The notes: generated from the letters alone by a model not told the origin. Positions 19,848 through 28,603 are shown, counted from the first letter of the stretch. The stretch: DNA of 34,305 nt from Thermoplasmatota archaeon (GCA_046498165.1 JAWOBC010000004.1:1-34305), one strand, 5' to 3'. Numbers and translations are program-made.

Positions 19848-21298
19848 AAACCATAACCATTGATCCCATTACCCGACTAGAAGGACATGGGAAAATAAAC
19901 ATCTTTCTTAATGACAAAGGAAACGTTGAAAATGCTTATCTTCAAATCCCTGAGCTTAGAGGCTTTGAACGATTCTGTCAGGCACGATGTGCTGAGGATA
20001 TGCCTCAGATCACCTCTCGTATCTGTGGAGTGTGCCCAGTTGCTCATCATTTTGCTGCAACCAAAGCTCTTGATGATGCATTTAATGTTGAACCACCCGA
20101 GGCAGCTAAAAAACTCCGGGAACTCATGTACTGTGGTTATGTTATTTATGATCACATCCTTCATTTCTACTATCTTGGTGGACCAGATTTTGTGGTTGGA
20201 CCAGATGCACCAGCAGCTCAACGAAATATCCTCGGCGTTATCGAAAAAGCAGGTCTTGATATAGGTAAAGAAGTCATCAAACATCGATCATATGGGCAAA
20301 AAATCACTGCTATTCTTGGAGGAAAAGCAACTCATCCCGTCTGCGGTCTGCCCGGTGGTGTCTCAAAAGGGCTCAACAAAGATGAAGTCGATGACATCAA
20401 AAAAATGGTTGATTCCAGTATCAAATTCGCAGAGTTCTCATTAAAACTCTTTAATGATATCATTTTGGAAAACAAGGATTATGTATCCATGATCAAAAGT
20501 GATCCCTATCAACTCAACACCTATAATATGGGACTTGTGGATGACAACGATCAACTTAATTTCTATGATGGACAAATACGAATCACTGATCAAAAAGGAG
20601 AAGAATATCTGAAATTTCCGGTTCAACAATATCATGATCACATCGATGAACATGTCGAAGAATGGAGTTACATGAAATTTCCCTACATCAAAAAAATCGG
20701 GTGGAAAGGACTTTCTGATGGAGAAAACAGTGGAATCTACCGAGTAGGTCCTCTGGGAAGACTCAATGCTTCAAAAGGCATGGCAACATCAAAGGCTGAT
20801 AAAGCCTACAAAAAAATGTATGACACCTTTGGTGGTACACCAATTAACTCAACTCTTGCCTTTCACTGGGCACGGCTTATTGAACTTCTTTATGTAACTG
20901 AAAGAGCAAAAGAACTGATCACGGATTCTATCATTACCTCAAAAAACATCCGAAACCCGGTGGGAGAACCTGGGGAGGGATATGGAGTTGTAGAAGCAGC
21001 ACGGGGAACACTGATTCATCATTATAAACTCAATGAACACGGCATGGTTGATAAAGCAAACTTGATTGTGGCCACTACGAATAATGCTGGAGCTATTACC
21101 ATGTCCGTTCGTGATGCAGCGAAAGGAGTCATCAAAAATGGAAAAGTAGATGATGGTATTCTCAACCAGGTGGAAATGGCCTTTCGCGCTTATGATCCCT
21201 GTTTTGCCTGTGCTACTCATGCATTACCTGGTGGTATGCCCATGCAAATTGATATCTATGACAATCAGAAAAATCTGTACAAAACCTATAAACAATAA
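19844..21298 (+). CDS. mvhA: [NiFe]-hydrogenase large subunit, MvhA-like (group 3c)
   Basis: Motifs ITRLEGHGKI, N-terminal Ni-binding RICGVCPVAHH, and C-terminal DPCFACATH followed by a cleavable tail. 484 aa. ATGA overlap with mvhG. Confidence 0.9.
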   Translation: MKTITIDPITRLEGHGKINIFLNDKGNVENAYLQIPELRGFERFCQARCAEDMPQITSRICGVCPVAHHFAATKALDDAFNVEPPEAAKKLRELMYCGYVIYDHILHFYYLGGPDFVVGPDAPAAQRNILGVIEKAGLDIGKEVIKHRSYGQKITAILGGKATHPVCGLPGGVSKGLNKDEVDDIKKMVDSSIKFAEFSLKLFNDIILENKDYVSMIKSDPYQLNTYNMGLVDDNDQLNFYDGQIRITDQKGEEYLKFPVQQYHDHIDEHVEEWSYMKFPYIKKIGWKGLSDGENSGIYRVGPLGRLNASKGMATSKADKAYKKMYDTFGGTPINSTLAFHWARLIELLYVTERAKELITDSIITSKNIRNPVGEPGEGYGVVEAARGTLIHHYKLNEHGMVDKANLIVATTNNAGAITMSVRDAAKGVIKNGKVDDGILNQVEMAFRAYDPCFACATHALPGGMPMQIDIYDNQKNLYKTYKQ

Positions 21299-21311
21299 AA
21301 ACAGCTCAAAT

Positions 21312-21785
21312 ATGAAAACCATACTTCTCGGAATCGGCAATCCCATACTTGGTGATGATGGTATCGGCATAAAAATCCTCCAAATCCTTAAAAAAAGGAT
21401 AACAAACAATGATATCGTTTTTGAAGAAGCAATGACTGGTGGAATGAATCTTCTTGATATCATCAAGGGATTTCAAAAAGCGATTCTTATTGATGCTATC
21501 TATGATAGACAAGCACCCCTTGGCTCAGTCAAACGATTAAGCATTCATGATTGTGCAACTGTTCATTCCTGTAATCCTCATGATGTTAGTCTTGCTGAAG
21601 CAATACAACTTGCTACAAAACTAGGGGAAGAAAACATTCCAAAAGAAATTATTATCATTGGAATCGTCCTGCATGAAACACCTGTTGAATTCACTGAAAA
21701 AATTAGCCCTAATATCGCAGAAGCCATTCCAAAAGCAACTAAGATGATTCTCTCAGAGATCAACCATTCAGAACACAAGGAATGA
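21312..21785 (+). CDS. Hydrogenase maturation endopeptidase (HycI/FrhD/HyaD family)
   Basis: The conserved N-terminus MKTILLGIGNPILGDDGIGIK starts at ATG 21312. The ORF-track start at 21150 overlaps mvhA in another frame and is not conserved. Confidence 0.85.
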   Translation: MKTILLGIGNPILGDDGIGIKILQILKKRITNNDIVFEEAMTGGMNLLDIIKGFQKAILIDAIYDRQAPLGSVKRLSIHDCATVHSCNPHDVSLAEAIQLATKLGEENIPKEIIIIGIVLHETPVEFTEKISPNIAEAIPKATKMILSEINHSEHKE

Positions 21786-23077
21786 AAACAATCATGAACA
21801 GAATACTTTCTTTAGACGTCCTTAGAGGTTTTCTCATCTTTTATGTGGTTTTCATCCATGCGGTTCTTCTCATCATTTTTCAAGCAAACTATGATTACAT
21901 CGACCTTCTCCCAATCTGGCTGATTGCTCTGATGTTTCCATTGCTTATTTTAGCGATGTGGGGTCCTCTGTTTTCCATGATGTCCGCAGCTACAAACACC
22001 ACTCTCGTTTATCATCAACTCGAAAAAGGAAAACCTCTTACAAAAACCCTTTTTCAGAGGATGATTAGTTATGCGCTCATCGTCATTGTTCATCTTATCA
22101 ACATGATTTTTTTCATTCATTTCATCCCTCTGGATGGAAACATCTATCGATCACTTCTCTGTGGCACAATTGAAACTGGTCAACTCACCATCCCAAACAT
22201 ATTTATGTTTCTTAACTCAGGGACACTTCTTCTTATTGGCTTATCAGGCTTGTTGATAAATTTGATCTTGTTCTTTTTATGGAGAAACAACGGACATAAA
22301 AACATTAAAAGAACCGCTGCTATGTTTATTGGATTAGCAATTGTTTTTCTCATCATCAGACCATTTATCTATCCATCAACGGAATCCATTATTCTTTTGC
22401 TTGTTGAACAAAACAATCTTATCCCAGCGATTCTACTTTCATGGCTCTTTAGAGGACAATTTGGCCTTATTCCCATGGCGGCTATTCCCTTTTTTGGCGT
22501 TATCTTTGGATTGTTACTTACAACAAAACCGACCAAAAAACATATGCTCAACATAGGATTCATTGCTACCATTGGAATGTTACTTGTTTCACTTCTATTC
22601 CTTGGAATATTTGGTATACCAGATCTCACCCTGACCTATTGGCCAATTAGCATGGTTGCCTTTAACTTAATGCTTATGATCTTGGTCATGACACTGGTGA
22701 TCGTTCGCTATGATTATTGTTCTTTTGAGAAACGACTGAAACGAGCCAAACGAACCGTGTTTTTTAGAAGATTCAGCATGATAACTCTCACCATGTTTGT
22801 GTTTGAATCAATCATAGCTGTACTCTGGGCAAAACTTTTTACTTTCTTATTTGTCGACCCATTTCCCTATAATGTTTTCGCAGATCTCTTGTTTCTCTTC
22901 AGTGTTCTTGCAACATGGTATGTCATCGCTCGATTTTGGGAAAAAATTGATTTTAAATTCAGCATTGAATGGTTCATGATCAAAATACTTAGTCGCATTA
23001 GAGGAAAAACCTCACAAAAATTAGATGTTCACACTGTTTTATATCATCCAATCCCAACAGAGAAACTTGATAACTAA
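21782..23077 (+). CDS. Polytopic membrane protein, YeiB/DUF418-DUF1624 (HGSNAT/acyltransferase-3-like) type
   Basis: About 10-11 hydrophobic segments. N-terminal RILSLDVLRGFLIF motif is typical of this family. ATGA overlap with the protease gene stop (21782-21785). Confidence 0.7.
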   Translation: MKTIMNRILSLDVLRGFLIFYVVFIHAVLLIIFQANYDYIDLLPIWLIALMFPLLILAMWGPLFSMMSAATNTTLVYHQLEKGKPLTKTLFQRMISYALIVIVHLINMIFFIHFIPLDGNIYRSLLCGTIETGQLTIPNIFMFLNSGTLLLIGLSGLLINLILFFLWRNNGHKNIKRTAAMFIGLAIVFLIIRPFIYPSTESIILLLVEQNNLIPAILLSWLFRGQFGLIPMAAIPFFGVIFGLLLTTKPTKKHMLNIGFIATIGMLLVSLLFLGIFGIPDLTLTYWPISMVAFNLMLMILVMTLVIVRYDYCSFEKRLKRAKRTVFFRRFSMITLTMFVFESIIAVLWAKLFTFLFVDPFPYNVFADLLFLFSVLATWYVIARFWEKIDFKFSIEWFMIKILSRIRGKTSQKLDVHTVLYHPIPTEKLDN

Positions 23078-23153
23078 AAAAAGATGATCCGGCCAACCAG
23101 CTGACCAAATCCTCTTATGAATAAAATGTCTTGGGAAGACAAAGATAAGTTTT

Positions 23154-24761
23154 TTACATTCTAAAAATGCCTGGGCTCCAATTGGGAATCGGTGCGTTTA
23201 ACGCTGCTGAAATACCAAGACCAAGCACCATCCGAGTGTCCACGGGATCAATAATACCATCATCCCAAATTCGGGCTGTACTATAATAAGGACTGCCTTC
23301 CTGCTCATATTTTTCAAGAATAGGTTCAGTGATATTTTTTTCCTCTTTTTTGCTTAATTCTTTTCCCTTCCGCCACATCTGATCACGTTTCACCGTTAAC
23401 AACACAGTAGCTGCTTGCTGCCCCCCCATCACCGAAATACGTGAATTTGGCCACATCCACAACTGACGAGGCTCATAGGCTCGTCCACACATTCCATAAT
23501 TACCAGCACCAAAGGATCCACCAATAAGAACAGTAAACTTAGGAACATTTGCTGTTGCAACCGCATTAACCATTTTTGCCCCATCTTTTGCGATACCGCC
23601 AGATTCATATTTTCGTCCAACCATAAAACCCGTAATATTCTGCAAAAAGACCAATGGGATCTTGCGTTGACAACACATTTCAATGAAATGAGATCCCTTC
23701 AAAGCGGATTCAGAAAACAACACCCCGTTATTGGCAAGAATGCCCACGGGATAGCCCATGATACGAGCAAACCCACAAACAATAGTTGGTCCATACAATG
23801 CTTTGAACTCATGGAACTTTGATCCATCTACAATACGGGCGATGATTTCCCTAACTTCAAATGGTTTCCGTGAATCCTTTGGGATAATGCCATATATTTC
23901 TTTAATATCATAAGCAGGTTCCTCTGGTTTATGAATATCAAGATATGTTTTTGCTGGTCGATTCAAGTTTTCAACGATACTTCGTACTATATGAATTGCC
24001 TCAGAGTCATCATGAGCATAATGATCTGACACCCCGCTTTCCTTACAATGTACATCAGCTCCACCAAGATCCTCAGCACTAACCTCTTCACCCGTAGCAG
24101 CTTTTACCAAGGGAGGTCCACCAAGAAAAATGGTACCTGTGCCTTTCACGATGATGCTTTCATCGCTCATGGCCGGAACATACGCACCACCAGCAGTGCA
24201 AGAACCCATCACCGCTGAAATCTGAGGGATATTCTTTGAAGACATCATCGCTTGATTATAAAAAATACGGCCGAAATGCTCTCTATCAGGAAACACCTCA
24301 TCCTGCATAGGAAGAAACGCTCCACCAGAATCCACCAAATAAATACAAGGAAGATTGTTTTCCAAAGCGATTTTTTGAGCTCGTAAATGTTTCTTCACCG
24401 TCATTGGATAATATGTTCCACCAGTAACCGTTGCATCATTAGCAACAATAACAACCTCCCGGCCATGGATAATACCAATACCGGTGACAATACCTGCACA
24501 AGGAGCCTTATCTTTATACATTCCATAAGCAGCCAATGGGTTAAACTCCATGAATGGAGTATCCGGATCAAGCAACGCATCAATACGCTCACGAGCAAGC
24601 ATTTTATTCCTACTTTTATGAAGCTTTATTTTTTCTTTACCACCACCCATCTGAGCCTGAGAAATATTATCCTTAAGATTTTTTACAAGCTTCTCATAAT
24701 GTGCATAATTATCCTTAAACTGCTTACTCTCTGTATCAATGCTACTTTCAATGACATCCAT
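23154..24761 (-). CDS. liuB: Acyl-CoA carboxylase carboxyltransferase subunit, 3-methylcrotonyl-CoA carboxylase beta type
   Basis: Long blocks typical of MCC-beta: [73 protein letters not shown] and [16 protein letters not shown]. 535 aa. Confidence 0.9.
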   Translation of the reverse strand: MDVIESSIDTESKQFKDNYAHYEKLVKNLKDNISQAQMGGGKEKIKLHKSRNKMLARERIDALLDPDTPFMEFNPLAAYGMYKDKAPCAGIVTGIGIIHGREVVIVANDATVTGGTYYPMTVKKHLRAQKIALENNLPCIYLVDSGGAFLPMQDEVFPDREHFGRIFYNQAMMSSKNIPQISAVMGSCTAGGAYVPAMSDESIIVKGTGTIFLGGPPLVKAATGEEVSAEDLGGADVHCKESGVSDHYAHDDSEAIHIVRSIVENLNRPAKTYLDIHKPEEPAYDIKEIYGIIPKDSRKPFEVREIIARIVDGSKFHEFKALYGPTIVCGFARIMGYPVGILANNGVLFSESALKGSHFIEMCCQRKIPLVFLQNITGFMVGRKYESGGIAKDGAKMVNAVATANVPKFTVLIGGSFGAGNYGMCGRAYEPRQLWMWPNSRISVMGGQQAATVLLTVKRDQMWRKGKELSKKEEKNITEPILEKYEQEGSPYYSTARIWDDGIIDPVDTRMVLGLGISAALNAPIPNWSPGIFRM

Positions 24762-24776
24762 AGCTGATTTCCTCTC

Positions 24777-25271
24777 CTATTTTTTCTTAATTTCGATAGT
24801 CGTCTGACCAATTTCAACTTGATCATTTTTCTTGAAATGAATCTTTTTCACTTTACCTTTATATGGCGCTCGAATTAAATACTCCATCTTCATAGCCTCA
24901 ATAACTATCAACACATCGCCCTTTTTCACCGTATCATTAGTTTTTACTTTCACATTCACAATTTTGCCTGAAATCGGTGAATCAAGATCACTTTTATCGC
25001 TTTCCTTTTTACCTTTCTTCTTTCGACCGGTAAGCTCCACTGGTTTTACTTTGAACACGTTACCATCAATAAAAACAAATTTTTCATGTTCGCCTTCTGT
25101 GACAATTGCTTTGATTAACTGATCTCCTACTTGAATTTTTAAATGACCAGGTTTGATTTCCTCTGGATTCACCTTATATTCTGTGTTATCATAGGTAACA
25201 AAATAAGTATCCTTCCGCCGTTCAATGGTCACACTGTATACATTATTCTTATGTTCGTAATTGATAAACAT
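24777..25271 (-). CDS. Biotin carboxyl carrier protein (BT-like N-terminal region plus biotinyl domain)
   Basis: Biotinylation motif IEAMKMEY near the C-terminus. 164 aa. ATG lies 3 nt after the biotin carboxylase stop. Confidence 0.85.
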   Translation of the reverse strand: MFINYEHKNNVYSVTIERRKDTYFVTYDNTEYKVNPEEIKPGHLKIQVGDQLIKAIVTEGEHEKFVFIDGNVFKVKPVELTGRKKKGKKESDKSDLDSPISGKIVNVKVKTNDTVKKGDVLIVIEAMKMEYLIRAPYKGKVKKIHFKKNDQVEIGQTTIEIKKK

Positions 25272-25274
25272 AGC

Positions 25275-26777
25275 TTATGCCTCCCCGCTCACTCGCCATC
25301 TTCCCATATGTTTCCAAGGGGAATGAGGATCAGCTTCTTTGTAGCGAACGATTTCCTCCTTCGTAGAATGCATGGAATCATAGACTGCTAATGCAATAAT
25401 TGCTTCCACTGGTAGCCCCTTTTTAGTAATGGTCCAATCCTTGAAATAATTATCAATAAAATGCGTGGTCGTATTTCCTTTTTGAAACTGTTCATGTTCG
25501 ATTACTTTTTTTAAAAACGATATGTTGGAAGTGATACCAAGCACGGCATAATGAGAAAGCGCCCAAATCATTTTTTTGATTGCTTCTGCTCTGTTTTCAG
25601 CTGAAACAATTAGTTTCGAAAGCATTGGATCATAATAAGCTGAGACCTGAATATTGGAAATAATTCCAGAATCAACTCGGATGTTAGGTCCATTTGGTTC
25701 CTCAACTTTTTTAAGCATTCCCACACTAGGAAGAAAACCATTTTCTGCATCCTCAGCATAAATCCGGCATTCAATAGCATGACCCCGTTGTACCAAATCT
25801 TTTTGTTTCAAGGTTAATGGTTCATTGTCTGCAATACGAAGCTGCCATTTTACCAGATCAATTCCCGTGGTCATTTCAGTGATTGGATGTTCCACTTGAA
25901 GACGGGTGTTCATCTCCATAAAATAATAATTAAGATCCTTATCCACCATGAACTCAACGGTACCGGCATTCTCATAGCCAACTGCTTTCGCAGCACGCAC
26001 CGCAGATTCGCCCATTTTTTCACGAAGCTCATCGGTCATCACTGGGGAAGGTGATTCCTCAATGATCTTCTGATGACGACGCTGGATTGAACATTCCCGT
26101 TCAAATAAATGAATGGTGTTACCTTGTTCATCAGCAAGGATTTGAAATTCAATGTGGCGAGGTTTATCAAGATATTTCTCAAGAAAAACATTGTCATCAC
26201 CAAAAGAAGATTTTGATTCACGTTTCGCACCCTCAATTGCTTCAAGAAGATCATCTTTGGTTTTAACAATCCGCATTCCTTTACCGCCGCCGCCAGCAGC
26301 AGCCTTTACCAACAGAGGAAAACCGATTTTTTTCCCTTCCTCAACCAAGGCATCATCATCCTGTTTTGATCCATGATAACCAGGTATAACCGGAACCTTA
26401 GCTTTCTGCATGGTTTTCTTCGCAGCAATTTTATCACCCATCAAACTAATGACCTTTGGAGAAGGACCAATAAATTTAATTCCTGCCTTGTTACAGGTTT
26501 CCGCAAAATCAGGGTTTTCTGCTAAAAAACCATACCCTGGATGGATGGCTTCAGCTTCTTTTTCCTTTGCAATTTTAATGATTTTTGGAATATTTAAATA
26601 GCTTTCAACCGGTGTTGGATCACCAAGACAAACTGTTTCATCAGCAAGGAGAACATGTGGTGCTTTTTTATCTACATCTGAGTAGATTGCAATGGTTTGA
26701 ATTCCTAGTTCCTGACAGGCTTTGATGATCCGAACAGCGATTTCTCCACGATTCGCAATGAGAATTTTTTTAAACAC
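25275..26777 (-). CDS. Biotin carboxylase subunit of acyl-CoA carboxylase
   Basis: N-terminus KILIANRGEIAVRIIKAC, ATP-grasp glycine loop KAAAGGGGKGMRIV, and EMNTRLQVEHPITE. GTG start. 500 aa. Confidence 0.9.
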   Translation of the reverse strand: MFKKILIANRGEIAVRIIKACQELGIQTIAIYSDVDKKAPHVLLADETVCLGDPTPVESYLNIPKIIKIAKEKEAEAIHPGYGFLAENPDFAETCNKAGIKFIGPSPKVISLMGDKIAAKKTMQKAKVPVIPGYHGSKQDDDALVEEGKKIGFPLLVKAAAGGGGKGMRIVKTKDDLLEAIEGAKRESKSSFGDDNVFLEKYLDKPRHIEFQILADEQGNTIHLFERECSIQRRHQKIIEESPSPVMTDELREKMGESAVRAAKAVGYENAGTVEFMVDKDLNYYFMEMNTRLQVEHPITEMTTGIDLVKWQLRIADNEPLTLKQKDLVQRGHAIECRIYAEDAENGFLPSVGMLKKVEEPNGPNIRVDSGIISNIQVSAYYDPMLSKLIVSAENRAEAIKKMIWALSHYAVLGITSNISFLKKVIEHEQFQKGNTTTHFIDNYFKDWTITKKGLPVEAIIALAVYDSMHSTKEEIVRYKEADPHSPWKHMGRWRVSGEA

Positions 26778-26779
26778 AG

Positions 26780-27565
26780 TTATTCACTCCAGTTGGCTTT
26801 TCTTTTCTCTAGAAATGCATTGATTCCCTCTTGACCTTCCTTTGAAATACGTAATTCAGCAATTTTTTCAACGGTATGCTTTTTGTATTCTTCAATGGAA
26901 AGATTTTCATAATTATCGATGAGTTTTTTTATTTCAATGATTGCTTTTGGTCCAGATGATTTTAGAATAGAACAATATTTTTGCACGTTATCATCGATTT
27001 CTTCTTTGGAAGAAACCATATCAATCAACCCAAACCTCTGGGCATCAATGCTTGTGAATCGTTCACCTGTGATAAATAAACGGCGCATATGAGCAATACC
27101 AATAATCCGCCGGGCAATGAATGTGGAAATAACAGATGGTATTATCCCAAGTTTGGCTTCGCTAAAAGCAAATTTACATTCCGGAACAGCTATTGCAAGG
27201 TCACAAACTGCAAACAGACCAAGACCACCGCCAAATGCATGACCATTAATTTTAGCTATCACCGGTTTCGGACAATGATAAATAAAATCATAAAGATCTA
27301 AAAGTAAATTACTATCTTTGATATTTTCTTCTTTTGAATAATCAACCATGCTTTTCATCCAGTTCAAATCAGCTCCAGCGCAAAATGACTTACCTTTCCC
27401 TGTGAGAATGATTGCTCGGCAATTTTTATCATGTTCTAACTCTTTAAAACAATCAATTAATTCTTTCATTAATGGTTCATTCATTGCATTATGAACCTCT
27501 GGTCGATTTAAAAAAATGGTAACGGTTTCTTCGCTTCGTTTTAGTTCCAATGTTTCGTATGCCAT
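26780..27565 (-). CDS. liuC: LiuC-type 3-methylglutaconyl-CoA hydratase (crotonase superfamily)
   Basis: Motifs FCAGADLNWMKSM, AFGGGLGLFAVCDLAIA (first Glu replaced by Gly) and FSEAKLGIIPSVIS (second Glu kept). As I recall, this is the pattern of bacterial LiuC. It sits directly upstream of the carboxylase genes. Confidence 0.7.
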   Translation of the reverse strand: MAYETLELKRSEETVTIFLNRPEVHNAMNEPLMKELIDCFKELEHDKNCRAIILTGKGKSFCAGADLNWMKSMVDYSKEENIKDSNLLLDLYDFIYHCPKPVIAKINGHAFGGGLGLFAVCDLAIAVPECKFAFSEAKLGIIPSVISTFIARRIIGIAHMRRLFITGERFTSIDAQRFGLIDMVSSKEEIDDNVQKYCSILKSSGPKAIIEIKKLIDNYENLSIEEYKKHTVEKIAELRISKEGQEGINAFLEKRKANWSE

Positions 27566-27674
27566 AATGTTTCCCCAGAATTTACCTTTAATGAATCATC
27601 TGTCTTAGGCCTAATCGATGAAAGTGAAATACATAAATTTTTCTCAAGTTTCAATCGACAATAAGCGAGATTTT

Positions 27675-28457
27675 CTATTTTCCTTTAAATTTCGGTTTCC
27701 GTTTTTCAACAAAAGCAGCAACACCTTCTGAGAAATCATCTGTTCCTGCTGTAAATGCTGCCGTCAAACTTTCTAGTTCAAGATGTTGTTCCATACTATT
27801 ATCTAGACTTTTATTAATGAGCATCTTTGCTTTTCCTACTGCAACCGATGGAAAATTTAGAAAAATATCAACATATTTTTTTATTTCATTATCGAACTCT
27901 GCATCGTCAACGATTTGGTTGATGATTCCAAGTTGATGGGCTTTTTCTGCTGAGAACACTTTGGATGTAAGAATAAATTCACAAGCCTTTTGATATCCAA
28001 CGATTTTGGTTAATAATTGGGTTCCACATCCCGGAGCCAACCCTATCCCAATAAACGCAGTGCCAAATTTTGCTTTTTTATTTGCAATGATAATATCGCA
28101 AGCAAGCATCAAAGAAAAACCTGCTCCAAATGCTGCTCCATTCACTGCTGCAATCACTGGTTTTTCCATGGATCTCATGGTTAACACGCAACGATGAATA
28201 GATTTTGTAAGATCTCGGAGAAATTGAGGTTTGTTTGTAGCTCTGTGCATTTCCTTTACATCTCCACCTGCGCAGAACCCCTTTCCAACTCCCCTGAGGA
28301 TAACAATTTTTATCGTTTTATCTGAGGAAACCTGTTGTAATAATTCGTAGAGTTCCTCTCCGAGTTTCATATCAAATGAATTCAGGCGATCTGGTCGATT
28401 CAGGGTTATCGTAGCACAAGCATCATCGATGTTTAGAGAAACTGTTTCATAGGCCAT
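27675..28457 (-). CDS. Enoyl-CoA hydratase/isomerase superfamily protein lacking both canonical catalytic glutamates
   Basis: Crotonase fold: FCAGGDVKEM, AFGAGFSLMLACDIII, FGTAFIGIGLAPGCGTQ. The positions of the two crotonase Glu residues are Ser and Phe. 260 aa. Confidence 0.8.
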   Translation of the reverse strand: MAYETVSLNIDDACATITLNRPDRLNSFDMKLGEELYELLQQVSSDKTIKIVILRGVGKGFCAGGDVKEMHRATNKPQFLRDLTKSIHRCVLTMRSMEKPVIAAVNGAAFGAGFSLMLACDIIIANKKAKFGTAFIGIGLAPGCGTQLLTKIVGYQKACEFILTSKVFSAEKAHQLGIINQIVDDAEFDNEIKKYVDIFLNFPSVAVGKAKMLINKSLDNSMEQHLELESLTAAFTAGTDDFSEGVAAFVEKRKPKFKGK

Positions 28458-28588
28458 GGTAACCTTTTTTCGTATTGATTATTTTTATATAAAATGGTAG
28501 GATTGATATCTTGGTTTTTTTGCTTTCTCATGCGAAAAAAACTATGGGGCCAAAAACTATTTATACCATTATTGTATTGCATGTTAAA

Positions 28589-28603
28589 TTGTAATGATTA
28601 CAA
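28589..28603. promoter_or_regulatory. PerR/Fur-type operator candidate: perfect 7-1-7 inverted repeat TTGTAAT-G-ATTACAA
   Basis: The two arms are exact reverse complements. It lies 20 nt upstream of the ATG of the Fur-family gene and about 25 nt downstream of a TTTATA element (28559-28564). It resembles the Bacillus PerR box TTATAATNATTATAA. Confidence 0.5.

Noticed and set aside
15023-21298. Reading hdr/mvh as evidence for a methanogen, and looking for selenocysteine (in-frame TGA) variants as in Vhu/HdrA selenoproteins.
   Set aside because: No methanogenesis-specific genes are in the window. All ORFs are uninterrupted, with Cys codons at the relevant motifs. Hdr/Mvh also occur in non-methanogenic archaea and bacteria.
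23128-23140. Small hairpin GTCTT-GGG-AAGAC in the convergent gap between the membrane-protein gene and the carboxyltransferase gene. Considered as a bidirectional terminator.
   Set aside because: The stem is only 5 bp, which is too weak to call. The flanking T-runs (e.g. 23150-23155) are a more likely termination signal.
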